Positions 25,601-36,917 of a DNA stretch of 64,000 nucleotides are shown here, one piece after another (the stretch's first letter is position 1; each line of letters starts with the position of its first letter). The notes below the pieces were generated by a model. The model was not told the origin of the DNA. It saw nothing but the letters and a program-made list of their open reading frames with translations, and made no database searches. The stretch is from Squalus acanthias (lineage: Eukaryota), in assembly GCA_030390025.1 (NCBI GenBank), contig CM059433.1, positions 29,824,001 to 29,888,000 of the forward strand. The letters run 5' to 3'. The position numbers and the translations under genes were made by a program.

Positions 25601-27560
25601 TCTCTCCGATCTCTCCCCGACCCCCATCACTCTCTCCGATCTCTCCCCGACCCCCCATCACTCTCTCCGATCTCTCCCCGACCCCTCATCACTCTCTCCG
25701 ATCTTTTCCCGACCCCATCCCTCTCTCCGATCTCTCCCTGAACCCCATCCCTCTCTCCGATCTCTGCCCGACCCCCATCCCTCTCTCCGATATCTCCCCG
25801 ACCCCCATCACTCTCTCCGATCTCTCCCCCACCCCCATCACTCTCTCCGATCTCTCCCCCAATCCCATCACTCTCTCCGATCTCTCCGCGACCCCATCAC
25901 TCTCTCCGATCTCTCCCCGACCCCCATCACTCTCTCCGATCTCTCCCCGACCCCCATCACTCTCTCCGATCTCTCCCCGACCCCCATCACTCTCTCCGAT
26001 CTCTCCCCGACCCCCATCCCTCTCTTCGATTTCTCCCCAACTCCCATCACTCTTTCCAATCTCTTCCCGACCCCATCACTCTCTCCGATCTCTCCCCGAC
26101 CCCCATAACTCTCTCCGATCTCTCCCCGACCCCTATCACTCTCTCCGATCTCTCCCCGACCCCTATCACTCTCTCCGATCTCTCCCGGACCCCTATCACT
26201 CTCTCCGATCTCTCCCCGACTCCCATCCCTCTCTCCGATCTCTCCCCGACCCCATCACTCTCTCCAATCTCTCCCCACCACCCCATCTCTCTCTCCGATC
26301 TCTCCCCGAACCCCATCCCTCGCTCCGATCTCTCCCCGACCCCCCATCACTCTCTCCGATCTCTCCCCGAACCCCATCCCTCTCTCCGATCTCTCCCCGA
26401 CCCACATCACTCTCTCTGATCTCTTCCGACCCCCGTCCCTCTCTCCGATCTCTCCCCGACCCCCATCACTCTCTCCGATGTCTCACTGAGCCCCCCATCT
26501 CTCCCTCCAATCTTATACTGACCCCATCCCTCTCTCCGATCTCTCTCCGGCCCCCATCACTCTCTCCGATTTCTCCCGGACCCCCATCCCTCTCTCTCTG
26601 ATCTCTCCCCCACCCCCATCACTCTCTCCGATCTCTCCCTGACTCCCATCTCTCTCTCTCTCTGATCTCTCCCCGACGCCCATCCCTCTCTCTGATCTCT
26701 CCCCGACTCCCATCCCTCTCTCCGATCTCTCCCCGACCCCATCACTCTCTCCGATCTTTCCCCGACCCCCATCCCTCTCTCCGATCTCTCCCCAACCCCC
26801 ATCACTCTCTCCGATCTCTCCCCAACCCCCATCACGCTCTCCGATCTCTCCCTGACCCCCATCACTCTCTCCGATCTCTCCCTGACCCCCATCACTCTCT
26901 CCGATCTCTCCCCGACCCCCATCACTCTCTCCGATCTCTCCCCGACCCCCATCACTCTCTCCGATCTCTTCCCGACCCCCATCACTCTCTCCGATCTCTC
27001 CCCGACCCCCCATCTCTTCCTCCGATCTCTCACCGAGCCCCCCCATCTCTCCCTCCAATCTTTCACTGACCCCGATCCCTCTCTCCGATCTCTCCCCGAC
27101 CCCCATCTCTCTCTCTCCAGTCTCTCCCCGACCACCATCTCTCCCTCCGAATTCTCACCAAGCCCCCCCATCTATCTCTCCAATCTTTCACTGACCCCAT
27201 CCCTCTCTCCAATCTCTCCCCTACCCCCCATCTCTCCCTCCGATGTCTCATCGACCCCTCCCATCTCCTCTCTCCGATCTCTCCCCGACCCCCCCATCTC
27301 TGCCTACGATCTGTCCCCCGCGATCACCCCCGACCCCCCAAGCCACATTGTACCCACCCCCTCCCCCCTATCTGCTCCTGGGCTGCGGCCTCCTCCGCAG
27401 TGCTCCCCACCCACAGGGCGCCAAGCCTGTCAATCAGGCTGGTTTCTGGGCAGGGAGCCTACTAAAAAAACACACACGCTATGGAGTTAAAACTTTAGAG
27501 TTCAGGCAACCAGAGCTCCTCCCCCAGCTTGGAAATCCAGCCCCAGTAAATATCAGGGCC
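16608..27560 (+). mobile_element. Harbinger-like non-autonomous element containing an expanded internal minisatellite
   Basis: Ends GGGGGAATTTTAAC / GTAAATATCAGGGCC (imperfect TIR), flanks TTC / TTT, boundaries fixed by the interrupted hAT MITE. Confidence 0.7.
17030..27340 (+). repeat. 30-bp pyrimidine-rich minisatellite (CCGATCTCTCCCCGACCCCCATCACTCTCT)n
   Basis: About 10.3 kb of 28-31-bp variants with internal block duplications (~628 and ~1274 bp offsets). Confidence 0.98.
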
Positions 27561-27789
27561 TTTGTTACTCGATTGAATGATTCTTGACTGTTAGTCAAAC
27601 AGCCAATTTTCCCAACTCCAATATTTTTACAACTAATGCATGAAAGTGCTCAAAGAAAATGAAAACAGCAGGCAATTTTTTACTGCCCCTATAGTTTTTC
27701 TCCCTGGGTGTTGCTCACAGCAGTGTCCTGGAGATTAATCTTTAATTCCTGGAGACTCCAGGCCAATCCTAGTGACCAATCCTAGAATG

Positions 27790-27969
27790 TTGATGCTGCG
27801 GCACATAATGCCGTGATATTCCCTCGCAGCGCACCCAAGAGCGAGGAAGTGCCCCGCTTCCCTCTTGGGGCGCTACTACTCAATTTCGGCCGCGGGGGCA
27901 CTAATTTTTCCGAGGCGCTAAAAGTAGCGTCCCGACGAAGTTAGCGCCCCCTTTCTCAATTTTTCCCCC
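27790..27969 (-). mobile_element. Terminal fragment of a Harbinger-like MITE (family B group)
   Basis: Reverse complement matches the 5' end of 29874-30529 (gcRctaacttcgtcgggacgctactttta); ends CAATTTTTCCCCC|TAA. Confidence 0.75.
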
Positions 27970-29071
27970 TAACTTTCTCCGCAATCAACTAATGCTGCAC
28001 AGGACAGAGGGCATCAGCACCCAACGACATTGCTGCCCAGGAGGCCAGGGATGGCCTCACCATGGCCAGATTTACTTCACTTGACACTGTACACCCTGGC
28101 TGCCGCATGATGCGCCAGGTTGGCACCACTGCACACCAATAACATATAGCATCCCTACAATGCCCAAGCCATTCCTTTCAGACTCATCACCATTGCGGGG
28201 GGTACTGTTATGTCTCACCATTCACTACAACTCACTAAGCCACTTCCAAAGGTGCACACAAATCTGCCCAAGAATGCAAAGTGCTAAAAATGAAGATTTC
28301 CATGTTTGACACCACATTAACAGGAACTTTACATGAACATTAGATAAAACACCCAAGTGCCTACCCTTGTGTGTTGTTAATTGGCATTATTGCACTAGGA
28401 TGAGGGTGAGTGTGAGGGGTGGCTAGTGAGATGGGGAAGTGATAATATAGATAGAGAGGGATGGGTGGTGGTGCAAGGTAAGTTGGTGTGAATAAGGATG
28501 TGCAGGAGTAGGGTAGGGAAGGCAGAGTGATGGGGATGTGATGAGAGGCACAGCAGGATGAGGTTGAGTGTGGCTTTGCACTAACGTTTCGTGATCTACT
28601 GAGATCATTGAAAGGTTTGCGGCACTGCACCCAGGTACTCCTGACCACATCCCTGCTTGTGCCCTCCTCTGCAATGTGCAACCAGGCTGTGTTGATCTCC
28701 TGGGGAAGTCTCTTCCACCCATGGGAAGGGAAGAGGACCTCCTATGGAGGGAGTCATGGGTGAGCCTGGGTGCAGCCGTGCATCTCTGTGCAGTGCTTGT
28801 CAGTGCTTGCAGCACCTCAATGCTGTAGAACACTGACAGCACAAATGTCAAAATAAATTTGGACTTGGTCCCTTTAAGGAAACCGGCTGATGACACGTTA
28901 TCAAATGACGTCACCAGACCCGCTTCCTCTAATTGGTCGGGAAACACGCTGGGCGGGCATAACAAGCCCAATCAAGGGCAATTCATTTCAGACAGCGGGA
29001 TGGAGCCAGCAGTGGGTCAGGAGCCGCCACTGACCCGCCGAGGTCAGCAAAGTCACGGCAAAGTCACGGCC
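27970..29071. mobile_element. Decayed Harbinger deletion derivative, copy 1
   Basis: Collinear with ~40155-41264; contains a Myb/SANT exon on the minus strand; ends ...CACGGCC. Confidence 0.8.
28586..28800 (-). pseudogene. Harbinger Myb/SANT-like DNA-binding protein exon, frameshifted
   Basis: AAPRLTHDSLH / EVLFPSHGWKRLPQEINTAWLHIAEEGTSRDVVRSTWVQCRKPFNDLSRSRN then a gttagt donor; W..IA....R+..QCRK.FNDL signature. Confidence 0.85.
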
Positions 29072-29082
29072 TCTGTTGCAAA

Positions 29083-29455
29083 TAGGTTTGGCAACTCTGG
29101 TTGGGTGTATTCCTGGAGGTTTCATCACATGACCTCCTGCCTCCAACCCGCCCGTCCCGCCCCGCCCCCACCCTCCCGTCAGTGGTCACTCAACACATCC
29201 ATCCTCACAATGCCCTGCCTTCCCAGGCCAATTGGGAATTGAACAGACACTCTGTTACCTGGTTGGATGATTCTTGATTCACCGTCAAACAGCACATTTT
29301 CCCATCAAAGTGTTCAAAGAAAGTTAAAAAAGAACAAAAAATATGTTTTAATGCTGCGATGATTTTCCTCCTGGGTGTTGCTTGCAGCTGTGTCCAGGAG
29401 ATTAATCTTCAGTTCCTGGAGACTCCAGGGCAATCCTGGAGGGTTGGCAAGCCTA
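29083..29455 (+). mobile_element. hAT-superfamily MITE, 373 bp, intact
   Basis: TIRs TAGGTTTGGCAACTCT / AGGGTTGGCAAGCCTA; 8-bp TSD GTTGCAAA / GTTGCAGA. Confidence 0.9.
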
Positions 29456-29489
29456 GTTGCAGATGAGAGGAATAGGAATAGGATAGAAT

Positions 29490-29672
29490 ACAACAACAAC
29501 AACTTGCATTTATATAGCGCCTTTAACGTAGTAAAACGTCCCAAGGCGCTTCACAGAAGCGTTATCAGACAAAGTTTGACATCGAGCCACGTAAGGAGAT
29601 ATTAGGACAGGTGACCAAAAGCACGGTCAATGTGGTAGGTTTTAAGGAGCGTCTTAAAGGAGGAGATAGAGG
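29490..29672 (-). mobile_element. L2 3' end
   Basis: (CAA)n-cttgcatttatatagcgcctttaacgtagtaaaacgtcccaagg. Confidence 0.8.
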
Positions 29673-29873
29673 TATGGGCCTCATATAATCATTTTAAGAT
29701 GTTTTAGGTGTTTTCCCAATGGGAATTAAAATTCCAAACACAATAAATGTAGAGCCCACCATTTAGGGGGTGGGAAAAATTAAACCCAGAACTAAGGAGA
29801 ACTTGACTTTGATCTGTCTTAGTTTGTTTCTGAATTTCTCTGCTGGCTCCCATCCAATCAGATATCACTTTAT

Positions 29874-30529
29874 GGGGGGAAATTGGGTCGCGCCCCCTTT
29901 GGGGCACTAACTTCGTCGGGACGCTACTTTTAAATTCACCGGTAGAGCCCCAAGAGGGAGGCAGGGCGCTACTGCGCCGCGGTACTGCAGGCGTTCCTCC
30001 CCTTATTAAAGGGGAGGGGCCTAGCGCAGCGCGACCCGGGGCCCAGCTGGGCCACCAGGGATCGGAGTGCCGGCAAAAGAGCCCGGCTCTCAAGAGAAGT
30101 GCCGGGCTCACGGAGCGCAGCTGGCACTCCGCGGGGGGGGTGGGTCAGGAGGCCGGGGACGGCAGAGGGGGCAGGTGCTGGCAGGCGGCCAGCAACAAAA
30201 ATGGCCGCCCGGCACCTCCTCTTTAATTTGCGCCACCCCAGCCGCAGGTTGACCCCCCTGACCCCGTCGAACATAGCATCCGGCGGTAAGTCAGGGGGCG
30301 CTACCGAAGATCGCAGCCGGGGCGCGAGCGGGGTGCAGCGCACGGCAATGACGTCATTGCTGGCGGCGCAGCACCGTGGGGCGCTAACAGGTTACCGCCG
30401 TCGCTAACCTCCTGTTGAATTTCACGGGAGGCATTGGTGGCGCCACGCTCAGATGCTAGTTACTTTGCGCCCTGTTAGCGCCCTCTTAGGGCGCTAACGG
30501 GAGGCGCAAATCAACCGAATTTTTAGGCC
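29874..30529 (+). mobile_element. GC-rich Harbinger-like MITE (family B group)
   Basis: Ends GGGGGGAAATTGGGT / ACCGAATTTTTAGGCC; TSD TAT; subterminal GCGCTAACGGGAGGCGCAA shared with 35496-36229 and 50272-51162. Confidence 0.85.
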
Positions 30530-30759
30530 TATGTTTTTAAAGTCATCCATCTTCCCCCCACCCCTGTGGTATACACAATACCTGATCCTGGAACAGCATT
30601 TAGCTGCTTATCAGATCACTGCTGCCACAATAACAATTGACTGTCACAACATTGTGATACCTCTGATACATTCACTCAATTGCCATCCCCACATCTCTTG
30701 GTCCTGATGTGATTGATTGTCAATGTTAGTTCGCAATCTAGTTTTTTTATTTTTTTCAA

Positions 30760-30852
30760 ATGAAGGCGTCCCCATTCAAAATATTAACCCGTCTTCCTCT
30801 CGCAGATGCTGTCTGGCCTGTTGTATGTCTACAACATTTCCTGGTTTTATTT
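30760..30852 (+). mobile_element. Degenerate Penelope-like terminal repeat
   Basis: Similar to the reverse complement of 40755-40852 (ttaac..tctc.cagatgctg.ctg.cctg.tg...tttc...ttttatttc). Confidence 0.5.
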
Positions 30853-31029
30853 CGAATGTATGCTTTATCTTTTAGTCTTGGGGCATTATGAATATGCCTA
30901 TCGATCTAACAGAACTAATAATCTCCGAGGCATGCAGGCATCAAGTTTTTGTTTTCCCTCAAGCCAGGACATATGAATATTGTGATAATATTGTGACCTG
31001 GGCACCGGATTCGGACACAATAAAGGCAT

Positions 31030-31296
31030 ACCCAGCAAGCACATGGGAACACCACCACCTCCAAGTTCCCCTCCAAGTCACACACCATCCTGGCTTGGAA
31101 ATATATCGCCGTTCCTTCATCGTCGCTGGGTCAAAATCCTGGAACTCCCTCCCTAACAGCACTGTGGGAGTACCTTCACCACACGGACTGCAGTAGTTGA
31201 AGTCGGCTCACCACCACCTTCTCAAGGACAGTTAGAGATGGGCAATAATTGCTGCCCTTGTCAGTGATGCCAACATCCTGTAAATGAATTAAAAAA
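31030..31296 (+). mobile_element. 3' end of a CR1-group LINE (third family)
   Basis: YRRSFIVAGSKSWNSLP motif; second copy at 33155-33300. Confidence 0.7.
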
Positions 31297-31687
31297 TATA
31301 TATCCTTGATATATGCAGCCCTGTCACTCAGCATTTGCTTTATGAACTTTACAGCTTATTCATTGATTTTGAGCAGGTGACATTGCTAGAAAGTGCAGGC
31401 AGCTTGCAGTGACAGGTGCAAGTGTGAGAGATTCGAAGGAAGTCCTGCTGTGAGGGAAGACAGCAAGACCACGCGAGAGAGTGTGTTTGAGAGAAGTCAG
31501 CGCAACGATGACACGGCATTTGTTGTTCTTTCCAAAATAAAACTGATCTAAGATATAAGCAACGACTGGAAAGTTGGTGTGTGTCACTGTTAGGGGAGGA
31601 CAGGATTGAGCTCCGCATTGCTGAACCCTCACTGTCTAGACTCACGCGTCAAGGATGGCATTCGGCCAAAGTACCATAAATATATAG

Positions 31688-31793
31688 CTGTCATAAATAT
31701 AAGATCGTCACTAATCAATCCTATAAGGAATTCAGGAGAAACTTCTTTACCCAGAGAGTAGTGAGATGTGGAACTCGCTTCCACAAGGAGTGG
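31688..31793 (+). mobile_element. CR1 3' fragment
   Basis: cataaatataagat...gaattcaggagaaacttctttacccagagagtagtgagatgtggaactc. Confidence 0.85.
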
Positions 31794-32645
31794 AGAGTGG
31801 AGGGAGAGGGGAGGGAGAGGTGAGGAGAAGGGAGGGAGAGGGAGAGGAGAGGGAGAGGGAGAGATACGGAGGGAGAGGGAGAGGGGGGAGGGAGAGGGAG
31901 AGATACGGAGGGAGAGGAGAGAGGGGAGGGAATGGGAGAGGGGGAGGGAGAGGGAGAAGAGAGGTGAGCTGAAGGGAGAGGAAGGGAAGGGAGGGAGAGG
32001 AAAGGAGAGGTGAGGGGAGGGGACGGAAGGGAGAGGGAGAGGGGAGGGAGAGGAGAGAGAAAGGGAGCAGGAGAGGGAGATGGGAATGAGAGGGGAGGGA
32101 GAGGGGGAGAGGGAGAGGAGAGGGGAGGAGTGAGGGGGGAGGTAGAGAAAGGTAGAGGGAGAGGGAGGGGTGGAGAGGGAGGGGGAGGGAGAGTGGAGGG
32201 AGAGGGAGAGGGGAGGGAGAAGAGAGGGGAGGGAGAGGGAGAGAGGCAGGGAGAGGGAGAGGGTGGGAGAGAGGAGGGAGAAGAGAGGAGAGGAAAGCAG
32301 AGGAGAGGTGAGGGGAGAGGAGGGGAGGGGAGGGGATGGGAGAGGTGGGGAGAGGAGGGAGAGGAGAGGTGAAGAGAGGTGAGGCAAGGGGAGAGGAGTG
32401 GAGAGGATGGGAGGGGAGGGGAGAGGAGGGGAGCGAGATGAGGGGAGAGAAATGTAGAGGAGAGGTGAAGAGAGGTGAGGGGAGAGGAGGAAGAGGGGAG
32501 AGGAGGGGAGAGGAGGGAGAGGGGAGATCAGGAGAGGGGAGGAAGAGGAGAGAGGAGGTGAGAGGAGGGAGAGGGAGGGAGAGGGAGGGAGAGGAGGGGA
32601 AGGGAGGGAGAGGGGAGGGAGAGGGGAGGAGGGAGAGGGGGGGGA
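31794..32645 (+). repeat. Irregular G/A polypurine tract
   Basis: About 850 bp almost exclusively G and A. Confidence 0.95.
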
Positions 32646-33154
32646 AATAAAAATTGTTGCAGGGGTAATTAAAAAAACATGACCAGCAGATCAAATACCA
32701 TAAAAATCTACAGCACGATCCGTAGATAGGCTGTAATTTATAAGCAATGAAAAGCTATGAAATTTGCAGCGACTCCATGGGGCTGGTGGCTGCGGATCCC
32801 ATCTTCCGCCTTATGAGTTACAGCTGACCTTTAGGAATATAAATTTACACCTTTCTGAAAATTTTTGTCAGCGTGGCTAAGAATGATGGCTTTCCTCTTC
32901 AGAAACCTGACTCACAGGCTATAAATTGTCTCTGTTATTAGTCATTCCCAACAGTGCAGTCTTCCCCTTCACTGTGGAATATATTCCGTACATGTTCCCA
33001 GTACAACTGCTGAGCAAAGGTCAGATTTATTACCTGTTTCACGGAATCCCTCATCCACCAGAGGGCTGAGGTCTACAGCAGAGCTACAGTACTTTAACTG
33101 TGAAAACAGCATATTTAATCATATCTAATAAGTACATAACTCAAGTGCAAATTG

Positions 33155-33300
33155 AACCCCAACCCCAAACCGGCGACCTCCACCACCAGAAGGACAAGGG
33201 CAGCAGGTGTATGGGAACACCACCACCTCCACGTTCCCCTCCAAGTCACACGCCATCCCGACTTGGACACGTATCACTGTTCCTTCATGGTCGCTGGGTG
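33155..33300 (+). mobile_element. CR1-group LINE fragment (family of 31030-31296)
   Basis: gggaacaccaccacctcca.gttcccctccaagtcacac shared with 31046. Confidence 0.7.
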
Positions 33301-33625
33301 TAAGCTAACCTTACATACAAGTCAGTAACAAATAAGCATATTTAGATTTAGAATAATTTATGTAGCAGATTGCAATCTGTTCTACTTCAGCTGCTAACAT
33401 TAGAATCCTATTGGCCCGCTCCATCTGTGGCACCAAACTAATCAAGGGTTTCACGTGTTTCACCTGATAACTCTTTTTCATCGGTGTTCGGTGTATTTAA
33501 GTGAGAGAAAATTCAAAGGTGGGGGAGTGAAAGATTAATGGGAGAAAAAGGTAAGGTGAACGGGTGACACTGGTCACTTGTAATAGTAGCTTATCGTACT
33601 GCACTGAAAAAAAGTGAAAGAGATA

Positions 33626-33931
33626 AGAAAGACTAGCATTTACGTAACGCCTTTCACAACCTCATGACGTCCCAAAGTGCTTTACAGCCAATGAAGTGTA
33701 GTCACTGTTGCAATGTAGGAAACCCGGCAGCCAACTTGCACACAGCAATCTCCCATAAACAGCAATGAGATAGTGAGCAGATCATCTGTTTTAGTGCTGT
33801 TGGTTGAGGGATAAATATTGGCCAGGACACCGGGGAGAACTCCCCTGCTCTTCTTTGAAATAGTGACATGTGATCTTTTACATCCACCTGAGAGGGCAGA
33901 GGCCTTGGTTTAACGTCTCATCCAAAAGACA
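33626..33931 (-). mobile_element. Deu-SINE, 5'-truncated
   Basis: Reverse complement of SINE core and tail. Confidence 0.85.
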
Positions 33932-34061
33932 GATAATTGGGTGACTTTCACTTTACTCTGATTGTCTGGGTTAGTCCAGGTGACAGGGATGTTCTTTTAA
34001 ACTCAGTCCCTACTGACAGAAATAAGAATGTAATACTTTGACTAGTTAATTTCTAGACAGA

Positions 34062-34650
34062 TGGAATTGAAAAGCAGAGAATTTATGTTAAACTTGATTC
34101 GAACCTTGGTTAGACCTCACTTGGAGCACTGTACACAGTTCTGCTCTCCATATTATTAAAAGGATATAGAGGCATTGGCGAAGGTGCAAAAAAGATTCAC
34201 AAGGATGATACCAGAACTGAGAGGATATGCTTATCAGGAAAGGTTGAACCGGTTGGAGTTCTAGAAAAGAGAAGGCTGAGGAGTGACCTGATAGAGGTCT
34301 TTAAAATTCTGAAGGGGTTTGATAGGGTAGATGTAGGGAAAATGTTTCCACTTGTGGGGAAGTCCAAAACTAGAGGTCATAAATATAAGATAGTCGTAAT
34401 AAATCCAATAGGGAATTCAGGAGAAACTTCTTTACCCAGAGAGTGGTTGGAATGTGGAACTCGCTACCACAGGGAGTAGTTGATGATGTGTTTAAGGGGA
34501 AGCTGGCGAAGTCCAGGAGGGAGCAAGGAATAGAAAGTTGTGCTGATAGCTGCAGAGGAGTGGGAGGACGCTCGTGCGGAGCATAAACACCAGCATAAAT
34601 CAGTGGGGCCGAATGGCCTGTTTCTGTGCTGTACATTCTATGGAACTCGA
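34062..34650 (+). mobile_element. CR1 3' end, degraded
   Basis: LVRPHLEHCTQFCSPYY*KDIEALAKVQKRFTRMIPELRG...; same 3' UTR as 1365-1770. Confidence 0.9.
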
Positions 34651-34924
34651 TGTCATAGCATATTAAGCTGAGTACGGTTATAGGGAATAGGTTCGAATGT
34701 ATACTTAGCTAGACTTGCACATGACAGAAATGAAAGGTGTCATATAGTCGTAAAATAAAGAACGTATTAGTGAAAAAGTCATTCCATAACTTCAGCTGGA
34801 GGCCAGTGTTTGATGGTGTCTGGAACCTTTCTGCCTGTGCACCTTTTGATGACTTTTTTTCACCAGTTTGAAGCCATTTTCAGCAAAAGCCCAAATTGTA
34901 AACCATCTCCCAGCAACGCTTGCA

Positions 34925-35232
34925 GAAAGAAAGAACTTGCACTTAACTAGCAGCACTCGCGACCTGAGGACATCCCAAAGCGCTTCTCAGCCAATGACAT
35001 ACTTTTGAAGTGTAGTCACTGTTCTAATGTAGGAAACGCGGCTGCCAATTTCTACACAGCAAAGCCCAACAAAGAGCCATGAAATAAATGACCAGTCCAT
35101 CTGTTTTAGAGGGGATGTTTGAGGGATAAATATTAGCCAGGACACCAGAGAGAACTTCGCTGCTCTTCTCAAAAAAGTGCCATGGGATATTTTATATCAT
35201 CCTGAACAGGCAGATAGCTCATCTGAAAGATG
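34925..35232 (-). mobile_element. Deu-SINE fragment
   Basis: Reverse complement of SINE tail and core. Confidence 0.8.
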
Positions 35233-35282
35233 GCGAGTAGGGATGGGCAATAAACGCCGGCCTTTGTCAGCGACGCGCGCAT

Positions 35283-35470
35283 CAAAAACAACAACAACTT
35301 GCATTTATAATAGCGCCTTTAATGTAGTAAAACGTCCCAAGACGCTTCACAGGAGCATTATCAGACAAATTTTGATACCGAGCCACATAAGGAGATATTA
35401 GGACAGGTAACCAATAGCTTGGTCAAAGAGGCAGGTTTTAAGGAGAGTCGTAAAGGAGAGAGACGGTAGA
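35283..35470 (-). mobile_element. L2 3' end
   Basis: Matches 29490-29672. Confidence 0.8.
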
Positions 35471-35495
35471 GTCCCAAGAATGAATAAAAGTATAT

Positions 35496-36229
35496 GGGGG
35501 AGAAATTCATTCTCACCCCGTTTGGGGGCAGGTAACTTTTGGAAACTGGGAAACTTAGCGCCAGGCGCTAATGATTCCCAGCTTTCACAAAATTGGGTTT
35601 CACGCTCCAGGAAGGAAGTGGAACACTAAGTCAAGCACCCCACTTCCTTCCTGGAGTGCTAAAGGACGCAGGCGGGGTGGTAGTGGTGCAGCGCTGCACA
35701 ATGTCCCTTGCAGCGTTGTCGCGTTCCGAGGCTGCTTCCCTCCCTTAAAGGGAAGGGCCATCGCTGCAGGCTCTGCATTGGGACCAGTGAGCTGGTCCCC
35801 GACGGCAGCTGCGATCCGGCCCGATCAGCCCCATGCACTCAGCGGAGTGCCGGGCTGATCGATCGCAGCCCAGGAGAGCTGAAAAAAAAGTTGAGCAAAA
35901 ACATTTCAGCAATTTATGTACTTACCTCGGCAACCTCCCCTTTAACTTTCGCCCCCGAAGCGCCCAGCCTCCCGATCAACACCTCCTGCAGCTGTCGGTG
36001 TCATCGCCCGGCGATGCTGCAGGGGGCGGAACCCAAGTTCGGGTCCGGGGCGCGACCGGGGCGATGCGCACGGCAATGTCGTGGCACGAAGTCTTACCGC
36101 CGCCGCAAACCTCTCACCGAAGTTCGTGGGAGTCGTTCATCTCGCCGCGCCCGGGCGGTAAGTCGTTAGAGCCCTGTTATCGCCCCCGAGGGCGCTAACG
36201 GGAGGCACTAACCCACCGAATTTCTCCCC
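35496..36229 (+). mobile_element. GC-rich Harbinger-like MITE (family B group)
   Basis: TIRs GGGGGAGAAATTC / GAATTTCTCCCC; TSD TAT, inserted at an (AT)n tract. Confidence 0.88.
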
Positions 36230-36667
36230 TATATATATATATATATCTTATTCAGCGCTGTTGTTGAGAACCTCTTGTGCTTGAGGCTTTAGATTTTCAT
36301 CACCCAACACTGAAATGCTTTGATTTATTGAACAGACAGCTAAAGCTACTGAAGCAGAATTTTTTTTCATTCACGACCCTATCAGATTGACTGAATTGCT
36401 CGCTGCCGAATTGACTGTTCAGCCATGAAAAAAAATAATTCCACACCTATTTGGCTACAGAGACCATGTTGGAATGATAATCTGACCTGTGTTGTGATTG
36501 TGTGGAACTGGACGGGCAGAAGACGCTGAGCGGTTAACAGCTTACTTCACCTACTGCCTTTGGAAGGGATCTGTAAATGAATAACTTTGCACAGTGGAAC
36601 CTAGACTGGAGGTGACCTCACCTCAGCTCGGGAGAAAGAGTGAACTGCAAAGAAGTGCTGGAAATCC

Positions 36668-36900
36668 GAAACAAAAAACAGAAAAAAGCCGGAAACACAG
36701 TCAGCAGGTCAGCCGGTGTCTCGTGTACAGAGATAAGTCAACATTTCAAGTCTAGGTCCTTCGTCACAACTGAAAGATATTGGAACAAAGAAAAGGGGAG
36801 GGGGGAAATTAAACTCTCTCTTACCCGAGATAGGAAATAGAAGGGCCTGTGAAGTGTTTAAGTGGTAAACAAGAGATGGTTTAATGGCTGAAGTGAAGAA
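36668..36900 (-). mobile_element. Degenerate Penelope-like terminus
   Basis: aaaacagaaaaaagccggaaacacagtcagcaggtcag...aacatttcaagtctaggtccttcgtcacaac is homologous to 40755-40852. Confidence 0.6.
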
Positions 36901-36917
36901 ATTTGCAACTTTGGCAG

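Larger units (their letters stand above)
16448..27770 (+). mobile_element. hAT-like MITE split into 16448-16607 and 27561-27770 by an ~11-kb nested insertion; right TIR lost
   Basis: Starts TAGGGTTGCCAACTCT; the two halves are collinear with the intact copy at 29083-29455 (gaacagaatctt | tttgttactcgattgaatgattcttga). Confidence 0.85.

Noticed and set aside
17062..27251. Pro/Ser-rich and GERSERVMGV-repeat ORFs
   Set aside because: Translations of a 30-bp minisatellite with frequent frameshifting indels
29874..30529. CpG-island promoters (also 35496-36229 and 39600-39946)
   Set aside because: The CpG-rich tracts coincide with MITE boundaries
31349..31645. Two overlapping 90-98-aa minus-strand ORFs
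   Set aside because: No motifs or splice support; length expected by chance
31629..32694. Leu/Pro/Ser and Arg/Gly/Glu ORFs
   Set aside because: Translations of a low-complexity polypurine tract
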